Positions 18,823-27,760 of a stretch of 64,000 nt of DNA are shown one piece after another. Made by a program: the position numbers and the translations under genes. Numbering within the stretch: the stretch's first letter is position 1; each line of letters begins with the position of its first letter. Origin of the DNA: Lachnospiraceae bacterium (lineage in GTDB: Bacteria; Bacillota; Clostridia; Lachnospirales; Lachnospiraceae); contig JAZASQ010000002.1 in assembly GCA_036343235.1 (NCBI GenBank), positions 559-64,558 of the forward strand, in the 5' to 3' direction. The notes beneath the pieces were generated by a model. It worked only from the letters and a program-made list of their open reading frames with translations, was not told the origin of the DNA and did not search any database.

Positions 18823-19158
18823 TTAAATTTCTGAAATCGACCTCAGAATCTTGTCCTGATTCTGCAATGAATGTCCAATGCGAAGAACCGTAATCATTTT
18901 CTCTCCCATATTCGGAAAGTAATAGACGATGTATTGTCGAACCGGAAGAAAACGCACCCCTTCTTTTGTCAAATATGGATTCTCTACAAGCGGGCCCCTC
19001 AGCGGTACTGCACAAAGGTCATCCAGCGCTTCCGTCAAATCATCCGCAAACGCAGTCGCAGCTTCAGGATTGCAGAGCTTTCTGACAATATAGCCTACAA
19101 TATGATCGAAATCCTCCTGGGCACTGTCAGCCATCTGCCAGGGAAATTCAGATGCCAT
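18823..19158 (-). CDS. Type II toxin, RelE/ParE family
   Basis: 111 aa with a ParE/RelE-like pattern (W..A..DFDHIVGYI..., YIVYYF...ITVLRIGH). It overlaps the upstream antitoxin gene by 11 nt. Confidence 0.75.
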   Translation of the reverse strand: MASEFPWQMADSAQEDFDHIVGYIVRKLCNPEAATAFADDLTEALDDLCAVPLRGPLVENPYLTKEGVRFLPVRQYIVYYFPNMGEKMITVLRIGHSLQNQDKILRSISEI

Positions 19159-19399
19159 ACTTTGCCCTCACTTCATTGACCGCGGTCTTTCCGTCTTTCA
19201 CACGACCGGCAGCGAAGTCTGCAAGTCCCTGATTGACGAAGTCCGCCTCTTCTGTCTGGGCAAGGCGTTTTTCATAGTAATCAATATCCATCACAACCAA
19301 ACGGCCATATCCGTTTTTCGTCACAAAAACAGGCCCGTTTGCGCATTTTTTTTCAATTTCTACGGTATTTTTCATATCCCGGATCGGTACAATCTGCAT
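19148..19399 (-). CDS. Type II antitoxin, Phd/YefM family
   Basis: The start is set at MQIVPIRDMKN with SD AAAGGAGG. It has a Phd/YefM-like N-terminus (GPVFVTKNGYGRLVVMDIDYYE). Confidence 0.75.
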   Translation of the reverse strand: MQIVPIRDMKNTVEIEKKCANGPVFVTKNGYGRLVVMDIDYYEKRLAQTEEADFVNQGLADFAAGRVKDGKTAVNEVRAKYGI

Positions 19400-19501
19400 G
19401 GCAAAGCCTCCTTTCGTGACATCATTATATAATATATTTAGCCACAGCAAAAGCAAAAAATAATCCGGTAATTTTATCTTTCATCTGAGTTTCACCCTTT
19501 T

Positions 19502-19541
19502 CGCCCACTGTTTTGCGCCCACTTTTTGCGCCCACTTTTTT
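19502..19541. repeat. Three tandem GCGCCCACT-T4-5 units (iteron- or arm-site-like)
   Basis: CGCCCACTGTTTT GCGCCCACTTTTT GCGCCCACTTTTTT, with 13-14-bp spacing, upstream of the phd-relE operon. Confidence 0.8.
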
Positions 19542-19671
19542 CCTGAAATGATCTTTAGCTATGCTGTTGTGAAATTCGGATTGCTTCTCTTTTCTACTAT
19601 GATTCCTCGGCGTCGTTCATTTAGCGGCTTTTTATTCCCCAGTTTATTCCCCTACTTGCGTGGCAGATATT

Positions 19672-20082
19672 TCACGCGGAAATAATTTCTTCAAGAGCGT
19701 CTTGAAGCACCCTGGAAAAATTAATACCTTTGGCTTTTGCCGCTTCATTCATATAACTTGGAATAGTCACATTTTTCTTGACCATTCTCTGGTCTTCTTT
19801 TCTCCGATATTCATCAAAATCCACATCGACATAAGTAATAATATCGTCGTCATGTTCTTTTTCAGCCGGATGTGTGCCTGGAGCAGGGATTTGTTCTCCG
19901 TCATCTTCCATGGTAATCCCCAGAAGACTGATCGCATCCCTCGCCATATATATCGCATCAGCCAAATCATCGCCTTCAGTATGACTGCCGAAATCGGGAA
20001 TAAAGACAGTATATCCACCCTCAGACGCCCTTGAAAGCACCACCTGATAAGCCAGACGTTTATCCTTTTCAACTTCAGCCAT
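19672..20082 (-). CDS. hicB: Type II antitoxin, HicB family (RHH/CopG-like C-terminus)
   Basis: HicB N-terminal fold sequence (YTVFIPDFGSHTEGDDLADAIYMARDAI). The C-terminal portion (KKNVTIPSYMNEAAKAKGINFSRVLQDALEE) is RHH-like. Confidence 0.8.
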   Translation of the reverse strand: MAEVEKDKRLAYQVVLSRASEGGYTVFIPDFGSHTEGDDLADAIYMARDAISLLGITMEDDGEQIPAPGTHPAEKEHDDDIITYVDVDFDEYRRKEDQRMVKKNVTIPSYMNEAAKAKGINFSRVLQDALEEIISA

Positions 20083-20132
20083 TCCCCATTCTCCTTTCGA
20101 TTGAGATCACATACAAACTGTAAGCAGACTAT

Positions 20133-20330
20133 TCAAACCCCGGCATCTTTTAAAATTTCCGCCGCTGTCGTTTCCTTTATCTCCCGGTGTCTTGGAACAG
20201 GAATGCTTTTCCCATCCGGCATGATGTAAATATCATGTCTGCTTCCTGCCCTCTGAAGAGTACCTCCTGCAGCTTCAATCCTTTTGATAAGGTCCCTATG
20301 CTTCAAAAATTCCTGCCCTCCCTTCATCAT
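20133..20330 (-). CDS. hicA: Type II toxin, HicA family (mRNA interferase)
   Basis: 65 aa with the pattern G..H......G....VPRHREIKE....IL, typical of HicA/YcfA. It lies upstream of hicB. Confidence 0.8.
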   Translation of the reverse strand: MMKGGQEFLKHRDLIKRIEAAGGTLQRAGSRHDIYIMPDGKSIPVPRHREIKETTAAEILKDAGV

Positions 20331-20514
20331 TCGGCAAATATATTATACGTATTAAATGCGTATCCGTCAACGATGATAGATATTATACATTCTGGTTAAG
20401 AAAAAAGGAGGCTGCCTGCTCTCTCCGCTTCGCTCCGGTCGGCGCAAAAGCCAACGTCCACACGACAAAAGTGCGCCCTTTCCATTGCTGCGTTTCAACA
20501 AATTTGCCCTGTGC

Positions 20515-20532
20515 GTTCGAGTCCCGTCTATC
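20515..20532 (+). repeat. Direct repeat copy 2 (partial tRNA-Gly 3' end); att-like
   Basis: GTTCGAGTCCCGTCTATC is identical to 18473..18490. No tRNA body precedes it. Confidence 0.85.
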
Positions 20533-20562
20533 ATAAAAAACTGAAAAAACGGTATGCCGTCC

Positions 20563-23067
20563 TTAGAGATATTTCCCCGTCAGACTCTCCGGTGCTGCCG
20601 CAAGGTCCTCCGGCATGCCGCAGGCCACGACCCTGCCACCGTGGATCCCGCCGCCGGGTCCCATATCGATACAGTAGTCCGAATTCCGAATGACGTCGAG
20701 ATCGTGCTCTATGACGATGACCGTGGCTCCGCTCTCCGTCAGGTGGCGGAAGACCGATAATAATGTCTCCACGTCAAGAGGATGCAGGCCGATTGTAGGC
20801 TCATCAAAGACAAAGACCGTGTCATCCTGCCCTTTTCCCATTTCACTCGCCAGCTTCAGCCGCTGGGCCTCGCCGCCGGACAGGCTGGGTGTCTCTTCCC
20901 CAAGCGTCAGGTACCCGAGGCCGAGATCGTGCAGGGTCTCAAGCTTCCGGCTCACATTCGGAAGGTCGCTCACTGCCTTTAATGCCTCATCCACACTCAT
21001 ATCCATAAGTTCCGGCAGGGAATAGGCTTCATCGCACTTTTTCTTCGGCCGCCGGATCAGCCAGGCTTCCTTTCCGTAGCGGGAGCCGCGGCACTCCGGA
21101 CAGGGAATCTCCACATCCGGCAGGAACTGAACATCCAGACTGATCGTACCTGTCCCGTCGCAGACCGGACAGCGCAGGGAGCCGGTATTATAGGAAAAGT
21201 CCCCGGCCTTCCTGCCTCTCTCCTTTGCGTCAGCAGTCCGGGCGTAAACTTTTCTGAGTTCATCGTGCACTTCCGCATAGGTTGCCACGGTCGACCGTAC
21301 ATTGATACCGATGGGTGTCGCGTCGATGAGCTTGACCTGATGAATTCCATCGGCAATCAGTTCCGTGACATGGGAAGGCAGTTTTTCTCCCTTTGTCTTC
21401 GCATCCAGTGCCGGCACCAGGCTCTCAAGCACTATGGTGGTCTTCCCGGAGCCCGAAACGCCGGTCACCGTGACCAGGCGGCCTTTCGGAATATAGATGG
21501 AAAGCGGGTGAACGGTATGAATCTCGCTTGTGGACATATGGATTGTCCCCAAAGAGAATACTTCTTCTTTTTTCAGCGGCTCCCTCATATGAATCGGATG
21601 CTCATCCGAGAGAAACCTTCCAATCCGGGATGCCGGATTTTTTACAATCTCCGGTATCGTACCTTCTGCGATTACGGTACCGCCGTCCGCTCCCGCACCG
21701 GGTCCCATCTCGATCAGCCAGTCCGCATGGGAAAGAATCTGCGTGTCGTGATCGACCAGAACGACCGTATTCCCGTCTGCAATCAGATCATCCATGACTC
21801 CGGTCACCCCTTCGATATTTACCGGGTGAAGACCGATGGAAGGCTCGTCTAGGACATAGAGAACGCCGGTCGTCCGATTCCGCACCGCTCGTGCCAGCTG
21901 GATCCTCTGCCGTTCTCCGGTGGAAAGGGTAGAGCCCTCCCGGTCAAGCGTCAGGTAGGAAAGGCCCAAGTCCATCAGACGCTTTGCCGTATGCTGAAAG
22001 GACTCACAGATGCTCTTTGCCATCGGCCGCATCTCTTCCGGGAGAGAAGCCGGAATCCCGTCCACCCAGTCGATGAGTTCGCTCAGCGTCATCCGGCAGG
22101 CATCGCCGAGAGAAATGCCGCGGAGTCTCGGTGCCCGGGCTGCCTCCGAAAGCCTTGTCCCGCCGCACTCCGGGCAGGGGCCGACCTTCAGGAACTTCTC
22201 CACCCGCTTCATGCCCTTTTCATCCTTCACCTTGGCAAGAGCGTTCTCTACCGTATAGACGGCATTATAGTAGGTGAAGTCCATTTCACCTGCCGTATTG
22301 GTTTTTTCATTATGGTAGAGCATGTGATACTTGTTGGCAGGCCCGTGAAAGACGATGTCTTTCTCCTTGTCCGTCAGATCCCGGAAAGACACATCCGTTC
22401 GGACGCCGAGATTGTCCCTGGCAATATCCTTCATCAGGGACCACATCAGGGTCTGCCAGGGGGCAACTGCCCCTTCGTCGATGGAAAGGCTGTCATCCGG
22501 AACAAGGGTGCTCTCGTCAACCGTCCGGACAGTTCCCGTCCCGTCGCAGTTCCTGCAGGCCCCGGTGCTGTTAAAGGAGAGATCCTCCGCTCCCGGCGCA
22601 AAAAATGAAACGCCGCACTCCGGGCAGACCAGCTCCCGTTCCGCCGCCACATTCATGGAAGGCGGCACATAGTGTCCGTTCGGACAGCGGTGGGAAGAGA
22701 GACGGGAAAACATGAGACGGAGATTGTTTAAGAGCTCCGACATCGTCCCGAACGTGCTGCGGATCCCGGGCACTCCGGGCCGCTGATGCAGGGCCAGGGC
22801 CGCCGGCACATAGCGCACCTCATCGACGCTGGCCTTTTCCGCCTGGGTCATCCGGCGTCTCGTATAGGTGGACAGGGACTCGAGGTACCGCCTTGATCCT
22901 TCTGCATAGAGGACGCCCAGGGCAAGAGACGATTTCCCTGAACCGGACACGCCGGCAATCCCGACGATTTCATTTAAAGGAATATCCACATCTACATTTT
23001 TCAGGTTGTGGACACGGGCCCCGCGGATTTCTATTTTTTTCGGTGCTGCTGTTCCATCTGTTCTCAT
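20563..23067 (-). CDS. UvrA-family ABC ATPase (short UvrA paralog, class II-like)
   Basis: The start is set at [25 protein letters not shown]. It has two ABC modules (GVSGSGKSS both times), zinc-finger Cys pairs and LSGGE signatures. At 834 aa it is shorter than the roughly 940 aa of canonical UvrA. Confidence 0.8.
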   Translation of the reverse strand: MRTDGTAAPKKIEIRGARVHNLKNVDVDIPLNEIVGIAGVSGSGKSSLALGVLYAEGSRRYLESLSTYTRRRMTQAEKASVDEVRYVPAALALHQRPGVPGIRSTFGTMSELLNNLRLMFSRLSSHRCPNGHYVPPSMNVAAERELVCPECGVSFFAPGAEDLSFNSTGACRNCDGTGTVRTVDESTLVPDDSLSIDEGAVAPWQTLMWSLMKDIARDNLGVRTDVSFRDLTDKEKDIVFHGPANKYHMLYHNEKTNTAGEMDFTYYNAVYTVENALAKVKDEKGMKRVEKFLKVGPCPECGGTRLSEAARAPRLRGISLGDACRMTLSELIDWVDGIPASLPEEMRPMAKSICESFQHTAKRLMDLGLSYLTLDREGSTLSTGERQRIQLARAVRNRTTGVLYVLDEPSIGLHPVNIEGVTGVMDDLIADGNTVVLVDHDTQILSHADWLIEMGPGAGADGGTVIAEGTIPEIVKNPASRIGRFLSDEHPIHMREPLKKEEVFSLGTIHMSTSEIHTVHPLSIYIPKGRLVTVTGVSGSGKTTIVLESLVPALDAKTKGEKLPSHVTELIADGIHQVKLIDATPIGINVRSTVATYAEVHDELRKVYARTADAKERGRKAGDFSYNTGSLRCPVCDGTGTISLDVQFLPDVEIPCPECRGSRYGKEAWLIRRPKKKCDEAYSLPELMDMSVDEALKAVSDLPNVSRKLETLHDLGLGYLTLGEETPSLSGGEAQRLKLASEMGKGQDDTVFVFDEPTIGLHPLDVETLLSVFRHLTESGATVIVIEHDLDVIRNSDYCIDMGPGGGIHGGRVVACGMPEDLAAAPESLTGKYL

Positions 23068-23098
23068 TATCTTTCCGTTCCCTTCCCTATAGCTGAAC

Positions 23099-23722
23099 TT
23101 ATGTCTCCTCCAGAAATGCAAAGGGCTCTTCCGGACGGCTCAGCAAAAAGGCGTGCATGAGGAGGGCCGCCCGGACGGAGGTCTTCTCCTTTGAAAGAAT
23201 CCGCTTCACTTCGGATTTGTCTGCGAGGACCACGTCGATCCACTCCGAGCTCTCGTTTTCCTTTGTGCCGTCGAGGCCGTCGATGGTTCCGAAGATGGCC
23301 GAGCCCGGCTCATCGGAAAATCCGGGCGCCAGAAAGAAGGGCCGGCGGAGGTAGGCGGCCCCGCCGGTATATTCGTGGAAGGTAAATCCTGTCTCCTCCT
23401 TCATCTCCCGCACAGCCGCCAGCCCCGCTGTCTCTCCGGGGTCAATGAGTCCGCAGGGCAGGGAGTAGATATAGTCGTCAAGGGGAAAGCGGTATTCGTG
23501 CACAAGGGCGAGCCGGGGCTCTGCTTCCTCTGTCACGGCATAGATGCAGATGCCTTCCGCGGAAAGCTCGTGCGTCCGAATTTTCAGCCTGTCGTCAGCA
23601 TTCCGCGTAGCGAAATAGTAGTCCCGCGCCGCCCCCGCCCGGTCGTGAAAGGTCAGGTGGTACATGTTGAGGTAGCGGTTATCTGTCTGCTTTTCAATGG
23701 ATTCAATATGCGTTTCTGCCAT
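23099..23722 (-). CDS. NUDIX hydrolase (ADP-ribose pyrophosphatase-like)
   Basis: Nudix box GLIDPGETAGLAAVREMKEETG. The start is set at MAETH with SD GGAGA. Confidence 0.8.
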   Translation of the reverse strand: MAETHIESIEKQTDNRYLNMYHLTFHDRAGAARDYYFATRNADDRLKIRTHELSAEGICIYAVTEEAEPRLALVHEYRFPLDDYIYSLPCGLIDPGETAGLAAVREMKEETGFTFHEYTGGAAYLRRPFFLAPGFSDEPGSAIFGTIDGLDGTKENESSEWIDVVLADKSEVKRILSKEKTSVRAALLMHAFLLSRPEEPFAFLEET

Positions 23723-23928
23723 CGTTCTTCTCCGATCTTTTCGGCCGATTGCCAGCTTTTCTGATGATAGCACAAATAGGCTTCAAGCAGGATGGATATA
23801 TGTTATAAGCGGCGGGAAATATATGCCTTATATTATTCATATTCACGCGGAGGCTGCACTTTTGCAGCGGTAGGCAGAAGTGCCAATTATTTCAAAGGCA
23901 AATCCCATAAATTTATCCTTTTTTCAAA

Positions 23929-23979
23929 TTGACACCCGGAGAAGTACATGATAACTTACTTATGTTAGGCCAGTCTAAC
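23929..23979 (+). promoter_or_regulatory. Candidate promoter (TTGACA-17-TAACTT) with a downstream palindrome GTTAG-N6-CTAAC upstream of feoA
   Basis: The -35 element is at 23929-23934 and the -10 at 23952-23957. The palindrome is at 23964-23979, in a possible metalloregulator operator position. Confidence 0.3.
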
Positions 23980-24041
23980 TTCTAATGCCACTGTATTTCG
24001 ACTTTTCTCAAGCCGCCCGAAGTTTCAGAAAGGAGCCTGCC

Positions 24042-24269
24042 ATGCCGCTGACATTGCTTGATGCAGATACACCATATGAGATCATCCGCATTGCCGGAAA
24101 TGACGAAGTCAGGAAACACCTGCAGTCCATGGGCATCGTCCCGGGAGCTGTCGTCCGCCTGCTCACAAAGCTCGGGAAAAATTATATTGTAAAAATCAAT
24201 GATACCAGCCTTGGCCTTACAAATGATCTGGCCAAGCGGATTATTGTCACTCAGAGGGCCCTATGCTGA
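24042..24269 (+). CDS. feoA: FeoA-domain protein
   Basis: 75 aa from MPLTLLDADTPYEIIRI, with SD AAGGAG. It has an FeoA/SH3-like pattern (MGIVPGAVVRLL...IVKINDTSLGL). Confidence 0.75.
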   Translation: MPLTLLDADTPYEIIRIAGNDEVRKHLQSMGIVPGAVVRLLTKLGKNYIVKINDTSLGLTNDLAKRIIVTQRALC

Positions 24270-24955
24270 AGGAACTTCGCCATGTAAAGGTTACAATGAC
24301 TGTCCTCCTGCTTCTGCTTGTCGCCACGACCTTCATTATTCTGAATCTCAGTGCGGGGATGCAGGCCGGACTTACGGCTTCCGAGCAGGTCTTCGGTTTT
24401 CTAGCCATCGCCATCATGATTGTTATCTGTGTGCTGCAGTTCACGCAGATTGAGCGGGTGCTGTCTATTGAGCGGGCCAGTTCAACCGATGTGACCGGTA
24501 TTCAGAACAAGTCCGCCTTTGAAGACCGGATGGAAAAGCTGAACGCCATGGACTCCAGCCTCGGCGTCGCCCTGATCAGTTTTGACCTAAACAACCTGAA
24601 AAAGACTAATGATACCTACGGGCATGTAGCGGGCGACCTCATGATCAAGTCCTTCGCCACAGCGCTGGCCAATATTTCGAGTGCGGCATCCGTTTACCGA
24701 ACCGGAGGAGACGAGTTCGTCGTCGTCATGGAAAACGCCACAGAAGACATGGTAAAAGATTTCTGCCGCAAGCTGGAGGAAAAAACGAACGCCATCAACG
24801 AAAAGGGAAAGGTCAATCTCTCCTATGCACAGGGCTATGCCATTTCTCTTAAAAATAATTATTCCACGCCGGATGAGCTGCGTGAGATATCCGATCAGAA
24901 TATGTACGAGCGCAAACAGTATATGAAAGCCCACGGGCTGTGCAATATGCGGTAA
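24263..24955 (+). CDS. Diguanylate cyclase (GGDEF) with two N-terminal TM helices
   Basis: GGDEF motif (YRTGGDEFVVVM) and upstream TGIQNKSAFEDR...NDTYGHVAGD. The start overlaps the feoA stop by 7 nt. Confidence 0.85.
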   Translation: MLKELRHVKVTMTVLLLLLVATTFIILNLSAGMQAGLTASEQVFGFLAIAIMIVICVLQFTQIERVLSIERASSTDVTGIQNKSAFEDRMEKLNAMDSSLGVALISFDLNNLKKTNDTYGHVAGDLMIKSFATALANISSAASVYRTGGDEFVVVMENATEDMVKDFCRKLEEKTNAINEKGKVNLSYAQGYAISLKNNYSTPDELREISDQNMYERKQYMKAHGLCNMR

Positions 24956-24963
24956 GAAAACAA

Positions 24964-24998
24964 GGGCGGGGAAAGTGCTTCATGCATTTTCCCCGCCC
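24964..24998. terminator. Bidirectional terminator hairpin between the GGDEF gene and the P-type ATPase gene
   Basis: 11-bp stem GGGCGGGGAAA / TTTCCCCGCCC between convergent genes. Confidence 0.6.
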
Positions 24999-25017
24999 CT
25001 GTCTTGTATGAAAATGT

Positions 25018-27111
25018 TCAGTTCTTCTCTTCTTCCGGCAGCAGATTTGTAAGGCTCTTTAGGCCGATCAGAATCGTCGACGTATTGTGGAGAAGGGAAG
25101 CCGTAGCCGGAGTCAGGACGCCCAGGGCGCCAAGAAGAATCAGGAGGCTGTTAAAGCTCATAATGAAGCGGTAATGCCCGTTGATGCGCTTCTGCATAGC
25201 CATGGCAATCCGACGAAGCATGACAAGCTGATACAGGTTCTCGCCGGAAAGAGTCACGTCCGCGACCTCGCGAGCGATGGCAGCCCCGTCCGATACGGCA
25301 ATGCCGACATCGGCTTCCGAAAGGGCCGGCGTATCGTTAATTCCGTCACCGACCATCATGACGCCGCGTCCTAAGGCCCGCTGCAGCTTCACATATTCGG
25401 CCTTGTCTTCGGGCAGAACCTCTGCCCGGAAGTCGTCGAGGGAAAGCATCTTTGCGACAGCCCGGGCCGTTGTCCGGGAATCCCCCGTCATCATGCAGAT
25501 TCTTTCCACACCAAGGGCATGCATTTCGTTGATTACAGTCGAAGCTTCTTCCCTTAAAGGATCAAAGATGGCAATGACAAGGGTGAGCTGTCCGTCAATG
25601 GCAAGATAGAGGGTCGAATATTCTTCCGGAATGGAATTAAACCTCGCCCGGTCCTCCGGCAGGGGAACGCCCTCGTCCTCGAAGACGAAGTGGTAGGACC
25701 CGATGACCGCCCTCTTCCCGCCGACCGTCGATGCGATGCCGTGGGCCACGATGTAATCGACCTTCGTGTGCATCTCTTCGTGGTCGATGCCGCGGGCCTC
25801 CGCCTCAGCAACGACAGCGTTCGCAACGGAATGGGGAAAGTGTTCCTCCAGGCAGGCGGCGATCCGAAGGGCTTCCGTTTCGTCCGTCCCGTTAAATGTA
25901 TAGAGAGCAACAACTTTCGGGCAGGCATGCGTCAGAGTCCCGGTCTTGTCCAGAACCAGGGTTTCCGCCTTGGCAGCGGCTTCCAGGTACTTGCCGCCTT
26001 TCACCGTGATGTCATAAGCTCCGGCTTCCCGCATGGCGGAGATAACCGTGAGGGGCATGGAAAGCTTCAGGGCGCAGGAAAAGTCCACCATGAGGAAGGA
26101 CATGGCCCGCGTGAGATTCCGCGTCAGAAGATACGTCACGCCCATGCCGACAAAGGCCCAGGGAACGAAAGAATCCGCCAGGTGATAGGCCGCTGTCTCC
26201 GTCTCGGACTTGAGCTTCTCCGAGTCCTCGATCATCTTCGCGATCTGGTCATAACGGCCGGCTCCGGACGTCTTCGTGACGCGGTAGACGATCTCGCCCT
26301 CGTCGACGACGGTTCCTGCAAAGACAGGCGCACCCTCTTCCTTCACGACGGGAACGGCTTCCCCGGTCATGGAGGCCTGGTTGACTGCCCCCTCGCCTGA
26401 GACGACGATGCCGTCCAGGGGGATGATGTTTGATGTCCGGACGACGACCTGATCGCCGACGGCAATCGAATTTACCGGAACGAGGACGTCTTCCCCGGAT
26501 GCGCTTCTGACCCAGACCTTGTCGACATGGAGGGACAGGGCGTCCGTCAGAGAATCGACGGCCTGCTGGTGGGTCCAGTCCTCGAGAATGTCCCCGATAT
26601 GGAGCAGGAACATGATGTTTCCGGCCGTACCGAAATCGCCCTGCAGAATTGAGGCCCAGATGGCGGCTCCATCGAGTACAGGAACCGTTACCCTTCCGTG
26701 AATGAGTTCGTTCAGGGCCCGCAGCAGGTAGGGAATGGCCTTCACCGTATTCCAGACCATCTTGAGCGCGTTCGGGAAAAAGAAGGTCCGGAAGAGCTTG
26801 CCGAGGATTGTAAAAGTCAGTTTCTCTTCGAACTGCCGGTTCGCCAACCGCCCCGTGTGCTCCGGCACCAGAGCCTTCTGCTCTTCGTCCCCATAGTCCA
26901 GACGCGAAAGGGCGGAAATGACTTCCGCCCTGTGCCCCCGCTCGTAGGTGATGACGACGTCGCCGGTCCGGTCATAGACCGTCACCTTTGTCACGGCATT
27001 ATTATTCTTGAGATAATATTCCACGAGGTCCGCCTGCGAAAGGGTCATGCGGAAGCGCTCGATATGCACCCGTATCTTCCCGTGGGACTCGTGGAGAATC
27101 CGGCACTTCAT
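25018..27111 (-). CDS. P1B-type (heavy-metal-type) P-type ATPase with a non-canonical TM metal motif
   Basis: DKTGTLT, GDGINDTPAL and TGES-region (SMTGEA) are present. The position of the usual CPC reads DFSCALKLSMP. The N-terminal HMA-like domain lacks CxxC. Confidence 0.85.
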   Translation of the reverse strand: MKCRILHESHGKIRVHIERFRMTLSQADLVEYYLKNNNAVTKVTVYDRTGDVVITYERGHRAEVISALSRLDYGDEEQKALVPEHTGRLANRQFEEKLTFTILGKLFRTFFFPNALKMVWNTVKAIPYLLRALNELIHGRVTVPVLDGAAIWASILQGDFGTAGNIMFLLHIGDILEDWTHQQAVDSLTDALSLHVDKVWVRSASGEDVLVPVNSIAVGDQVVVRTSNIIPLDGIVVSGEGAVNQASMTGEAVPVVKEEGAPVFAGTVVDEGEIVYRVTKTSGAGRYDQIAKMIEDSEKLKSETETAAYHLADSFVPWAFVGMGVTYLLTRNLTRAMSFLMVDFSCALKLSMPLTVISAMREAGAYDITVKGGKYLEAAAKAETLVLDKTGTLTHACPKVVALYTFNGTDETEALRIAACLEEHFPHSVANAVVAEAEARGIDHEEMHTKVDYIVAHGIASTVGGKRAVIGSYHFVFEDEGVPLPEDRARFNSIPEEYSTLYLAIDGQLTLVIAIFDPLREEASTVINEMHALGVERICMMTGDSRTTARAVAKMLSLDDFRAEVLPEDKAEYVKLQRALGRGVMMVGDGINDTPALSEADVGIAVSDGAAIAREVADVTLSGENLYQLVMLRRIAMAMQKRINGHYRFIMSFNSLLILLGALGVLTPATASLLHNTSTILIGLKSLTNLLPEEEKN

Positions 27112-27114
27112 GAA

Positions 27115-27447
27115 TCAGTCCTTGTCTTTCTTGTCCGCTTCCTTCGCCTTTTTGATCCGGTCCAGCTTCTCCTGGGCTTCTTCAATCGTGCGCTTTGCGT
27201 CCTCGATTTCCTTCGCCTCGGCCTCCTCTGCCCGCTTTTCATTGATGTCGCAGGCATCAGAATAGATGTCGTCGCAATTCTCCTTCAGAGTGCTGCCGCA
27301 CTTCATGACCGCATCCTTCCCGCGAAGAACAGCCGCCGTACAATGGGTATAGGCCTTCTTCATATCATTGCTCTTCAGAATCGAAATGCCGGCGGTACCG
27401 AAAAGCACGCCGCCTGCGAAAAGTCCCAGTTTGCCCCATCCGTTCAT
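27115..27447 (-). CDS. Small Cys-containing membrane-anchored protein co-transcribed with the ATPase
   Basis: 110 aa with an N-terminal hydrophobic helix, 4 Cys and a Lys/Glu-rich coiled tail. Its stop is 3 nt from the ATPase ATG. SD AGGAGG is present. Confidence 0.55.
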   Translation of the reverse strand: MNGWGKLGLFAGGVLFGTAGISILKSNDMKKAYTHCTAAVLRGKDAVMKCGSTLKENCDDIYSDACDINEKRAEEAEAKEIEDAKRTIEEAQEKLDRIKKAKEADKKDKD

Positions 27448-27760
27448 GTCATTTACCTCCTATGACTAATATAGTGCTTTCATTCAGCACGAATTCTTAT
27501 CCTTCCTGCCCGGATTGCAAGGCGCCTGGCAAAGCGCTTCTATGACAGGATTTTTATAAATATGCCTTCTTTTCATGATCGTTTCTATAGCCTTCCGTCC
27601 TTTTTGTCCCGAATGTCCGTTTTTGTCCAATGTTCTATTTGCACAACTTTGGAATGTTATTTCTAATATATAAAAGAAGTATCTATCATTTATTAGTTGA
27701 AATTAACTTTTGATGAGGGTAAAATATGGGCGGTTAAAAGATAAGGAGACCGCAAAGGTT

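Larger units (their letters stand above)
18494..20532. mobile_element. tRNA-Gly-associated genomic islet (integrase-less remnant) carrying two type II TA modules
   Basis: It is bounded by the intact tRNA 3' end and an 18-bp duplicate of it. The interior looks AT-richer by eye. Cargo is relE/phd plus hicAB. No integrase ORF is present. Confidence 0.55.

Noticed and set aside
18707-19015. 102-aa minus-strand ORF in the islet.
   Set aside because: It overlaps the RelE/ParE toxin gene out of frame. The toxin frame has clear family features and proper coupling to its antitoxin.
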